Assembly: GCA_964561995.1 (NCBI GenBank)
Contig: CAZLQZ010000003.1
Location: 5,056 to 69,055, forward strand
Length of the DNA stretch: 64,000 nucleotides
Direction of reading: 5' to 3'
DNA from: an uncultured Methanosarcinales archaeon
GTDB lineage: Archaea; Nanobdellota; Nanobdellia; Woesearchaeales; JABIAG01
Positions within the stretch are counted from its first letter, which is position 1; every line of letters begins with the position of its first letter. The notes below the pieces were generated by a model. It worked only from the letters and a program-made list of their open reading frames with translations, had not been told where the DNA came from and did not search any database. Shown piece after piece: positions 32,801 to 38,227 of this stretch. The translations under genes and the position numbers were made by a program.

Positions 32801-34860
32801 ATATAATAACTATCGTATTCAGTAGAATCATCAATAAAAGTAAAAGCTTCTAAATTTTTATGAAGTCCAGATTGTGATCCTGAACCTTGAAAATCATCTT
32901 CTTCAAACAAAAATATTTCGTCAATTTCAAATTTATCGTCCAACTTACTATTTATGTTGAATTTCTTTCTAATTATTTCAACTTCAGCAATTTTATCAGC
33001 ACACAAATCATTAATCCAATTAATTGCTAAACTGGGTTTATTATATGCATAATTTAATACATCATAATTATTAGTAGGGAATTCAGGATTAAAATCACTT
33101 GCAACATTACAAAGATGAGCTTCGGGTTCTGGAACAATTAAATTGCCAACATCAGCTTGGGACCCAGCATAATAGGTATTTATTGTCTCATCGGGTTCAG
33201 CATAAACATATTGAACTGCATTAGGATTATATATTAATTCGATTTCTAAATTTCTTGAAATGCTAAAAAATTTAATTTTCATTTCATTAGTAAAAGTATC
33301 AGGAAAAACTGGCAAAGCCAAACTAAACTTTCCGGGATTGGAATTAGATTCTGTTCCTGTTGTAATATATTCATCACTTTCAAGCGGCTTTCTAAAAAGA
33401 AATATATCATTTTTATCATAAACTTTAACATAAATTGGTGTATTTTCTAAAGCTGGATAAGTATCTTTTGGTTCTCCATTAATTTCTTCAACAATTTTAC
33501 CAAAAATAATTTTTGGTACTCCACCATCACAAGGAATATTTGAAAATTCAAAACTGTTTGAACTTCCACAACAAAATTGTCTTTCATATTCATCATAATT
33601 AATAAAGAAACCATCGGTTTGATTACCACAAAAACAATCATCAGTTGATACTTCGGAACCAAAAGTACAAGATTTAACATCATCAACTTTCAAATTACAA
33701 CAAACTTCACTTCCATCTTGACAAACAAGTCTGGTTTCATTTTCTCCACTTATACCTTCACATGTTGCTTTAGACATACAATGTCCGCCATTAATATGAT
33801 AATCATCACATTTGTCAACGCAAGTACCTAATTTACATCTAGCATTAGCATCACAATCGGTGTCTGCAATACATTCTGCATCATAACTACTTTTTTCTAA
33901 AGTAACTGTTTGTGAATAATCTTCATTAGAAGTATAAACTGCAGAATAAGTTTGATAACCAGATTTATAAAATTGAATTCCAACTTGAGTACTTGAAAGA
34001 ATTTGAATTGTTACTTCTCCGTCAGAATCAGTAATTCCAGAATCAGTACAACCAGAAATACAATTAACGGCAACATCATCTAATAATTCATCATCACTTT
34101 TATTTTGAACAGTAAATTCTACATCAACATAACTCAACTGAGAAGGTGTTAAACTTATTTGAATTGTTTCGTCTGAATCAGTTACAGTAATAGTTTGTTC
34201 TAAAGGTAAAAAACCTATAGCATCAAAAGTAAATCTATAACTTCCCTTGGGATGAGATATTTTAAGTAGGGCCAAATTATTATTTTCGTCATCATCACTT
34301 TGATCTTGCCAAGTACCAAAAACTGAAGAAGCAATACCATTAGAAGAAGTGATTTTTGAACCATCGTTTTTATTTAAAAATTTAAAAGTAATTGGTTCTT
34401 CAGGGATTTGATTACCGCATTGATAAAAATCATCAGATTCAAAAAAAACAGTATTTAAATAATCTGCAATTTGAGAAGATTTATTTTCACATTCAATTTT
34501 GGAAACTAATTCAATTACTTGTTCTTGGCCGCCATCAGTAGTAGTATAATAACAACAACCTTCTTGACACTGACCGCCAAGCGTAGGACTCGAACAAGCA
34601 GTTAATCTAAAAAAATTAGAACCAGAACAATCACTCCACGAACGATAAGTACAATAATCTTCACCCTGATCTAAAGGAATTAAACAACACCCATTATTAT
34701 CACAAGAACCTACTTCAGATGTATAGCCAGAACATGAAATTTCATCATCATCAACACATTGGCCGTCAATAATACAAACATCGGCAAATACTGGAAATAA
34801 GATAGTTAAGAATAAAACTAAAAATACCACTAAACCTAGCACTATCCCTCTTTTTTGCAT
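17812..34860 (-). CDS. Giant (5682 aa) cell-surface adhesin-like protein
   Basis: Signal peptide; Cys-rich N-terminus; many Ig-like modules bounded by D..(G/P)P; three ETD.DCG Cys repeats; thrombospondin type-3-like Ca repeats (DSDDDG..DNC..VPN.NQADLDGDG.GD.CD); C-terminal TM; Lys/Pro-rich tail. GGTGA SD and TATA upstream. Confidence 0.88.
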   Translation of the reverse strand: MQKRGIVLGLVVFLVLFLTILFPVFADVCIIDGQCVDDDEISCSGYTSEVGSCDNNGCCLIPLDQGEDYCTYRSWSDCSGSNFFRLTACSSPTLGGQCQEGCCYYTTTDGGQEQVIELVSKIECENKSSQIADYLNTVFFESDDFYQCGNQIPEEPITFKFLNKNDGSKITSSNGIASSVFGTWQDQSDDDENNNLALLKISHPKGSYRFTFDAIGFLPLEQTITVTDSDETIQISLTPSQLSYVDVEFTVQNKSDDELLDDVAVNCISGCTDSGITDSDGEVTIQILSSTQVGIQFYKSGYQTYSAVYTSNEDYSQTVTLEKSSYDAECIADTDCDANARCKLGTCVDKCDDYHINGGHCMSKATCEGISGENETRLVCQDGSEVCCNLKVDDVKSCTFGSEVSTDDCFCGNQTDGFFINYDEYERQFCCGSSNSFEFSNIPCDGGVPKIIFGKIVEEINGEPKDTYPALENTPIYVKVYDKNDIFLFRKPLESDEYITTGTESNSNPGKFSLALPVFPDTFTNEMKIKFFSISRNLEIELIYNPNAVQYVYAEPDETINTYYAGSQADVGNLIVPEPEAHLCNVASDFNPEFPTNNYDVLNYAYNKPSLAINWINDLCADKIAEVEIIRKKFNINSKLDDKFEIDEIFLFEEDDFQGSGSQSGLHKNLEAFTFIDDSTEYDSYYIYELIIKGVGNCGISDDVTVGGCNGIKNTSVKFSGDKICDGLSLNDNFCIPSLNSKTKYSCNDQSRSTLSYELGSEFLFEYLGGLKVLGLNDCPSDPYDLYCLNSYENGKPNANCVEADECSSFGTSYTGNLFGVSNFFGLLNFKTYSWETNNAKTCEGSSTNPNYCYLDYSRYVLDDENSITSIDNRVTDSCGSCLRIDSCLGYKSQYACEIDHCNLGLQSSEETGCSWVSIPETTNLGEGICVSKDENENLCSECDKIDLLSGCNKDVCSAIGHNESCGKLDSDEVSVCSDCEDIINLKKGCMIFEAEDCNGFVDADSVEYYNSCGFEACNWDVSDRRFENDALYGDKIPTEEFCRKSSCDNIEGSYGRALTDPSPQFDSIFIECEQDLNPPRTSVQIVKKSTSANDQLKTSTFMSESEVKFTIQVDDQDEYLDEYYLANFILYYCFGEDELNDCTYDRHILDNDWSNQNFIYALDPTISLDPIEIENQKYRSYFYDGDLPIPSGTRFVRYFTEDQNFNKEKVKELSFPIDTSPPLINILEQSLDEDAQGMTLNVQYKVSTSARGGCTETFEKLYDESFNYLIYSDYLRDGIEVSEGDIAEISVPGLKDGEYILKLRCLDVTGNIDIATRHFLVDKDPIIEKSLFKAVSLDDEVHNYLDTGIRTKGSDFKLLSYTTSFSFEPSECSYTFRNGFTSQQYEVVNVDSGCSDTYFEEGYFCLKSDFIDYGDLLGDNPNGVYQVDYNCSKTINGETISDNESFTLVIDAFSPEIVIEINDEEFNDFNDGDTDSYGFLRKTSNVAFSSSSQIKLECKDTRQSLHLAGNEIAKIDNIPSGITTSNLEINVTLSFDNEYLVHSFDLMIASKPSSSCDYSIEAYENGLLIDKSILINSENMVVDEYANFVFENFTIDGKKDYEFKINDLNNCGDKLKAPLYSQKIISKITLADVSNYPYEAGLDVCQIFTYSDSIPPTSTSYNGVFSLESVDGLVKVSAQDGISNLNKVLFDFSSNLDSGAPEIQSTTLKKNSEELSIYLSVPLEIINIDAEVIISEDKGMKAALVEVKNYESESDFESTEWVLDSNVFITELSTNNDFPTEYTYNGKIKLNHGMNLVTVYAIDHLNQETSSDLSVYFVDFIPPVLIEKTESQNPITITKIDDGFVLPYNKENFTLDKKQNYTFVVKGADPKYTQLVNFSSIKFVKDGSNVKDFELDLIDENTFEGNLTQDDYDFLVFGNYSMFIKLCDAAGVCNDTIKFNVSVNDSTPAVLLNYTFIDCEIKPNCQYNSQTDTYKIGYGDYDSDDLHDAFLINLTFDENVETIFRNAGILNGFDKNYNFLLNEAGENSKLYELKIFKEDESGNEKTLRLFDVKSVNSQLSADFDINFKLDTTAPSSIDWNSPADGQFYGSGQTINFVGVSADDTVEVIASDKNEIIFLENLIVNYALDEEMEFSISDRKILKQTKNDNLLLCIPNDLIDENDKEAIRTYENKYIAVNGPINLKLYGYDLPASFSAENGECDGSSGLYYHITLIDAVDVFLTNDTEIFNFYNYDNYPGLFTFSNESDDFDERGRYVYDFKLYDDVANYHTEQKEFFVDLIGPQVNVVPLDNAYSTLERGIGITLVEQFSGVDSLNKSSIKVTISKGKIFLTITGFDSDLKYVLNDYGYIQELSLDYVVKNSQGNIFNIGINSELLTDENVDFFDFFECDETTENRVSFDINVEAKDKVGNSQTGSYLNTIYYDPCAFDIEMNLLDSGRKVDNLYEPEEYKDMPYIEHFYLNANCETSFTIELYTTNNKFNISLRNVTAISGDTIKKAQIQVFDVPETYEGLNKYNVSFKSGNLLENGKDYLINISSIYVNRDSGDEGQQYEHYAIVHTDDENPQIKSIEGEDESLVIGNNKPILSLDVDFLDIRNHAGYNYGAYRINVTNDTLPFAEEKIDFYYYSEEIDSPKLLTPGKIKSPQIRFKFDTTLYSYEKIMLQLMMEDKSTNVITKDFEVIIDNVEPVIDAKLNDTLAPLKFKWIGDGIIANFSCECSDDTDCQNIIYKIFEDVSEVNYNNYSYNWTPYMNNGVNDYSDAFDISTDDIELPDSGKENRIVVVCQANDLANNVGFSFAKMNIDNAGPVIEHSNSFTEGKESYYHFDTEISNDYFGPGYYTINDNVEIYFKTNEPAKCWVSNQYTNEKPANSGNQASNEDDNVFGYNHSIEFLSLATQQYLHFTCVDELENEIYEFRPLYLNNDDYTLKSPLELSPIITTQSFLTETFTMEVYTQENIKVKCNYNFTQNNPSKNIVTYEDKLFDLVVPKKVSMSEEIANDLEVGKNYNADLTIICKNYYGKENTIQGSFNYQSNPKLNFSFIQPENNSRVPNFDNYDLIIGTNVPGGKYSEDQDPIKCSYIVKNSQTGITKSRKTLSYQDNVPIVGRAKELFESGGVYKASLDKNDFFENVVNTINIECSGKLTDSKNYECFTSNDCGVPIDGVNLTLDDQPPIVNDMILSLGSCGSPLTEISRLGNSYYTQESGLMCLQIDIAENLDELSDVKLTYFDSEINLPLQHESFVQVGKNLSYNITLNLELEEGDLEEITLIAKDDLDNEMENPFVLNITLDTIDPEIEEIVPTTYSEFHPEYPGQPIERSGSILYYYHVPDNFELEINISVNEFSLITLNEKDHDNTYERKSEINDSLYYSFNIEKLENLEVNKTFIFNVTDLAGNSISSETIIFINDWKGPSILKMQSRPLYDSIINEHNQYLSNVDDPFTLTFKDNAGINNGTFILYKYTWSPTVEENETWEINPNAESLTEATFQFYALDLESPSRWEDSIYFIYYSVEDDFGNKASVNEKDQFLLSPFPTPFKLAFGFDTSMPGVVGWSLGDDTDWTFAPEYTQSDKESLFVKFNDAEDKKDSDLELGFTDAIKTPIEVREYGGDEVLMNQDDFIVNITIADTGDGKRLFNLTPKEEWKCSHCEILISVREILFVDSEIPSTYSFFVDNSTPEIYSLKLDADVPLVKNSIVVSDVYDSTQSMDNIRSKYQKISLKGRLKDYSVGSDGIKTLSVLVDNLLFTTKIAEYIQTDSEGFGIYKFGEDDDIEFNLEPGQHIIEIYANDSSRRVSDSFNRSIFVDNSTPEITFIDVTGNDGVIMTADSQTHDYAFRTNSSLVNIFGRYNKDDTDASIILSSYLDNTDDSYDVIIRGNDVEFDINGVTLEEEENAETSNVLYVTIQDDVGNDKSYLINMITDKDGPKVLFFPQNINPGYTNKLLATFKIITHEPSTECYVSYFDNDKMSMNKENDTIFNHTMVEELIEGSNSLDVSCKDLFGNNKTTQLELVVDFNEPVFSSEFENAFKVEVNDYLLYEINKTRLTVSSLDEIKCKYKEKDEAVYTSLGQDFGTTFSTDEFRVGDGNYTYFVNCLDRAGNFVEQEVNLTVDTDLELQIVSIKPNGKTADATPKLLVKTYWDAVCDVHFDGGYLINSSGEVTLRLESENDNLKNHELQFSYLSNSIVDLKDGIYPFSISCFPFDPKISDVYEVVSFEVDTTVDPARIITPYDNLRPYLTNTYPELKYEVFEDVTAKIFINNILTEELFALDGEHTTTAQLVQKGINVITVEVADEVGNVAQSSVVVNFTTNLPVVLDNKLRVPENYGEYGKLFEVSAKFDSEVEVNKAEFIVYNETNVVLCNDDSKCNDGTIEINSELSKVSLSDFGVIPNGTYTLNITLINILGGKGPTNSIEFTIDDSLPVITIDSVNDNVLTSKDIEIAAFSDKEVKDSELLIDGYSHDANAASATYVEFNFSFTVPSDGNYEYEINATGVISNNVGTYKGNFLVDTDGPEFVELSYTSKIKDLIDKINSEIIGYTYEEYDIVGLGDEAKDFGIENALNLAYKSESDEDVRVLIMSFKSNLRALEFQNIIENDVNQFIEAFPFDSADPEELEELLNQAIHVDDKFLFVSLDEVNIIQQGYKPESPFSAADVLENILTELRPNMTIIYQENVNVSYYVIKDDSDNIVLTSITDNNSNNFTISVLENLNEADYVLEIEAIDQYGNKGNKQVFNFKIEIEDFRIKLINPSFGYTKIDPVDFVIETSRSAECRWSNFDTNFDATEMRDFSSLNEIIHNQTGFTGLFDQPLYVICRDQNYGGEAEGIDHAATFVITKDIDSLSVTLNMNKVTTDSGILYAYTTDEKNMVCYRNVSLGWEIFAGLDEDIETSYKSLQSQEFVVGQHLNNNTVNTIQIRCVDKAGYNWTGAVDVQVDPGAEFAATILRPVNGAKLSNSSLTIAVTTNKPASCEFELNSVSNNLTISDQREHYRPVTDLETGSYQLDVMCRRFGIYNLNTTTATSSFIVDLTEPEMKQVKITGLVDEEYSYYDEEVRYFVSAYDNESGINKFKLEIYEKLDDEPIDDEIDSDVDSVDLSVDKLVSCLRSADDDEDDRFDCYLEFALTDSESDDIEECLEDEDFLDDDKISTSEGQECVNETVEFESGILYIASGRFDVNDLENDTEYVLKVIAVNNVGLESDDLESDEFTVDYSKAPPECDDDIKNGNETDIDCGGPQCGSCYNNKVCINDSDCIYDNCVSNVCLAPSCSDGIKNGKETDVDCGRTCSKKCDIDEECDLNSDCESENCDVVNGVCELDSCENGNLDFGESDLDCGGVCLPYYQCSLGSVCFENADCLSGLCDSGRCTEKDVDSDDDGFLNSNDNCDNVPNENQADLDGDGKGDECDEDIDGDGMDNDWEIRFNLDPRDSADAFLDPDKDGLTNLQESQYNTDPKNEDSDDDNMNDGDEISAGRDPLDASDGGSIWPLLLLILLVLAALGVGGFFAYKQFFAKPPLSLSTAPRVRPKNSFPPLGRTGKPLNKLPPLTSKLPPLNKKLPPLGKKVISLNKNLPPLKKKLSPLTKTKPIENKISGKPLAKSTISKPIKPKTKPKKKRTKRKKKSNKFISLDELNKKAKSTKKPKSDVDDAFSRLKKLQKDLEALEKPKSGPGVFKDLKQLPEKKNRSSPFKKLKRMTKK
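18160..18320 (-). repeat. Tandem (K/N)LPPL heptad repeats in the cytoplasmic tail
   Basis: NKLPPLTSKLPPLNKKLPPLGKK...KNLPPLKKKLSPL; ~21-nt period at DNA level. Confidence 0.8.
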
Positions 34861-34935
34861 AAGTCACCCATAAATTAAATAATATTTAATTTCCCTTAAC
34901 CTTATTTTCTGAAGAACTACTATATAAATCTTTTT
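34861..34935 (-). promoter_or_regulatory. BRE/TATA promoter and SD of the giant surface protein gene
   Basis: Minus strand AAAAAGATTTATATA (TATA 34921-34928) and GGTGA at 34864-34868. Confidence 0.6.
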
Positions 34936-34949
34936 ATTGGTTATAGAGA

Positions 34950-36392
34950 TTAATTGACTATTATTTGGGCAGTATCATAATCAGAATATTTTTTCCAATT
35001 GGCACCCATTTTACCAGTAACGCCATCTTTTATTATGATGTCTAAATTGTACAAACCGTTCGAAGTAGGCGAAATTGTATAATCATAACAATCACAATTA
35101 ATTTCATCAACAATGCAAGACCTTTTAACAGTTGTCCAAGTAGAAGGAATTCCACTAATTGTTGGATTCATTCCAAATATAAACTCTTCATCTGGATCAA
35201 CATAACAAACTTGCAAAGTCCTATGTTTATTATCAAAAGTAATTACACGAACATCTTGTAAAACTGGAATTCTATTTTCCACAGCGAAAGTAAACTTGAA
35301 GGGTTGTCCAGCCAAAGTTCCATCATCATTATCTAAAACAACTTCATAAAGATGATAATATTTCCCATTGTTTTCAATGTTGTGAACATAATTAATCATT
35401 GGATTTTGAATCCTTGCAGCCAACTGTAAACCGGCCTGTACATCATTAAATCCTTTTGAAAAATTAAATCCAGGAATTTGTGCTTCAGATTCCAAAATTT
35501 TGTTTAAGGTATCAATAATTGATTTAAGTTTTATTGCAAATCTTCTTGACCTAACTTGCGGTAATTCGGCACTAAATACATTATCTTTTGAAGAAATTGT
35601 AAGATTTGGAATAATTGAAAAATCTAAACTTCTTCCAGAAAAATCAGAATATAAACTAAAATCAGATAACTTAACATCATATTGAGGAAAAGTGATATTA
35701 TTAAAACATTCAGGAAAAGTTTTTTCTACAAAATATTCAAGCATATTCTGAATAGAACCATTACAATTTATTGAACACTTACATCCTAAATCTTCAGAGG
35801 AATTTCTCCCACACAATTTTAATCTTTTATTTGTTGAAAAACCAGCAATAGGAATATCCAAGGTATAATCTTTCATACAGTTTTCACCAAATTCTGAAAA
35901 ATTAATTTGAACTTCAGAATCAAAAAAAGGAGATTTGTACATTGAAAAACAAGGATATAAAGGAGGAGTAAAATGTACTGGAGAATCAAGGTTCACGTAA
36001 TCACCATTTATCCCACTAGAATCTGTCAACTCAGAAGCAGTAATTAAAATAGTATAATTCTTATCACTAACATTTATTGTATTTCCACTTGGGTCAAGAT
36101 CAAAGTCTCTTCCAACTTGTATTTCATTACCTCTTTTTGTAGTATAATTTTGATTTTTGTACAAAAAACCACCTTGCCTAGAAATTAATTTTAAACCTTC
36201 AGTTACTGATTCATCTAAACAAGATTTAATTGTTTGATCAACATTAGTATTTGCAATAATTTCTTCAACAGTAATTTGTATTTGTTCTTGAGTTTTTTGT
36301 TGAGCAGATTGATTAAGTACATAAAACATAAATCCAAAAACAAACAAAACAAGAAGCATCAAAATAATAAAAATAGTAACTTGGCCTTTCAT
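34950..36392 (-). CDS. Large pilin-like protein, paralog of 56380-58203
   Basis: MKG|QVTIFIIL; I..C......EGL.L....G shared with 56380-58203. Confidence 0.75.
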   Translation of the reverse strand: MKGQVTIFIILMLLVLFVFGFMFYVLNQSAQQKTQEQIQITVEEIIANTNVDQTIKSCLDESVTEGLKLISRQGGFLYKNQNYTTKRGNEIQVGRDFDLDPSGNTINVSDKNYTILITASELTDSSGINGDYVNLDSPVHFTPPLYPCFSMYKSPFFDSEVQINFSEFGENCMKDYTLDIPIAGFSTNKRLKLCGRNSSEDLGCKCSINCNGSIQNMLEYFVEKTFPECFNNITFPQYDVKLSDFSLYSDFSGRSLDFSIIPNLTISSKDNVFSAELPQVRSRRFAIKLKSIIDTLNKILESEAQIPGFNFSKGFNDVQAGLQLAARIQNPMINYVHNIENNGKYYHLYEVVLDNDDGTLAGQPFKFTFAVENRIPVLQDVRVITFDNKHRTLQVCYVDPDEEFIFGMNPTISGIPSTWTTVKRSCIVDEINCDCYDYTISPTSNGLYNLDIIIKDGVTGKMGANWKKYSDYDTAQIIVN

Positions 36393-36393
36393 T

Positions 36394-37863
36394 TTATATT
36401 ACACATTCGTACCTTTTCCAAAGCTGCATGCCACCCGTTTCATAACAATCATAACATTCAGCATATTGAATTGAACATTCACCTGCATTAAAAATAGCAC
36501 CATCGTCACCATCACAATAATCAAGTTTATCCGCAATACAGCCAGTACCACTTTCATCCTGATATTGCCAAGTATAAGTTACAGGATCATTAATAGCATC
36601 ACAAGATAAATCGGCCATAGTTTCAGGCACTTCAAAACCACCGACTTGACCATAACTACGATCAGACAAAGTATCAGAACTATAAATTCTGATTTCTTTT
36701 GAATCAATTAATGGAAGATAAATATCTACCGAATTAACATGGATATTTTCAACCGAACCAGGCATATAAACCGAACTGGAAGAACTAACTTCATAAAGTC
36801 CATCAATATTATAATCAATATCGTAAACATTTAAATGATCATTTTCAAAATCACTTTGTTCAACAACATACAATTTTCCATTTTCAATTTCTTGAACATC
36901 TGAAGAACCAGGTAAAGTAAAACTAGTAAGTTCATTTAAATCGTAATCATAAACTTTAACAGTAGTTTGAGTTCCTGCCGCATTTATAAAAGATATAAAA
37001 ATTCTATTTTCAGATTCATCCCCTGCTTTTCCTTCGAAAAATGAAGAAGGTTCAAAATCATCAACACAAAATTGGTTTTGTGGAACAAGATTTAAGTCAT
37101 ATCTATTTACACATCCATAATACTCATCAAGAACATAAATCCCGTGATTATTAATTATAATATCTTCAGCTTTTCCTAAAGAACTACCATCAGCATCATA
37201 AGTGATTTTTTTACAACTTGAAGAAGGATCAGTTTCTAAAAAAGAAGAAGGATCAATTACTGCAAAAGAACCAGAAGAAGTTCCAGCATAAATCTTTCCA
37301 TCATAAAGTTGTACTTGGATAACATTTTGAAGACCTCTAACCTGTTTTAATTCGCATTGTTCAAATGAATTACTACAATCTAATTTGGCAATTGCATTTT
37401 TATAAGCAACCCAAAGTACCTTATTTACAAGAAATACATCTGTTGCTTCAAAAAATCCTTCAGGGTCAATTACTGAACTATAACCGCCAGAAGCCATAGA
37501 GGTAGCTTCCAAAGACAAACCACAAGAATCCGCATCAATATCGTCACAAGACAAATAGATTCGTTTACAGGTTACACCAGATTCATCAAAACCTGAAACA
37601 AAGGCTCCAAAAGAATTACACATTCTTGATTCTGCTAGTGACCAATCAATTTGATTCCATTTTACATTATTAACCAAATTGGCTTCATCAATTACCCCAT
37701 CACCATTTCTGTCAACACTTTCACCATCATCATTAACCAATTCTTGCAAAGTATGGTATGCTTTACTTAAGTCAACTTTAGCAGAAGCAGTAACAACAAC
37801 AATTAGAAGTAATAGAGTAAAAATTATAAAATTAGACATTTTATTTGAAATAACAATTTTCAT
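36394..37863 (-). CDS. Secreted protein with an EF-hand-like N-module and probable beta-propeller
   Basis: Signal peptide (..ASA|K); DRNGDGVIDE; repeated D/E-I-x-x-x-x-G-x-I-Y-V blades. Confidence 0.65.
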   Translation of the reverse strand: MKIVISNKMSNFIIFTLLLLIVVVTASAKVDLSKAYHTLQELVNDDGESVDRNGDGVIDEANLVNNVKWNQIDWSLAESRMCNSFGAFVSGFDESGVTCKRIYLSCDDIDADSCGLSLEATSMASGGYSSVIDPEGFFEATDVFLVNKVLWVAYKNAIAKLDCSNSFEQCELKQVRGLQNVIQVQLYDGKIYAGTSSGSFAVIDPSSFLETDPSSSCKKITYDADGSSLGKAEDIIINNHGIYVLDEYYGCVNRYDLNLVPQNQFCVDDFEPSSFFEGKAGDESENRIFISFINAAGTQTTVKVYDYDLNELTSFTLPGSSDVQEIENGKLYVVEQSDFENDHLNVYDIDYNIDGLYEVSSSSSVYMPGSVENIHVNSVDIYLPLIDSKEIRIYSSDTLSDRSYGQVGGFEVPETMADLSCDAINDPVTYTWQYQDESGTGCIADKLDYCDGDDGAIFNAGECSIQYAECYDCYETGGMQLWKRYECVI

Positions 37864-37901
37864 AACCTAAAAAATGCAACAATAGTATATATATATTTCG
37901 A

Positions 37902-38156
37902 TTAATTAGATAAAGACTCTTTTAGTAATTTTTCTTTGATTTCTTTAGAATCAGAAAAATCCTTTTTTAATTGGGATTGTTTAATTAATTCATTTTGAAA
38001 TTCATCCATAACAGATTCATTTTTTGAAGTGATTTTTACAATTATTTCATCATTTTCCTTATCTAAAGAAAAATAAGCCTTATCCAATAATGAATTTGCC
38101 GCAGCAATTATTACATCCAAAGAATAAATGCTTGTTTTTAATATTATTTCATCCAT
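37902..38156 (-). CDS. hxsD: His-Xaa-Ser system HxsD-like protein (copy 1)
   Basis: IYSLDVI..AA...LDKAYF.LD....I.V...EFQNELI...KEIKEKLL..SL resembles HxsD; paralog at 48891. Confidence 0.72.
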   Translation of the reverse strand: MDEIILKTSIYSLDVIIAAANSLLDKAYFSLDKENDEIIVKITSKNESVMDEFQNELIKQSQLKKDFSDSKEIKEKLLKESLSN

Positions 38157-38227
38157 TAAACATTACTTAATTGAAATATATTTAAAGATTTAGGAAATTT
38201 TATAATTACAAGAACATTATTTAGATT

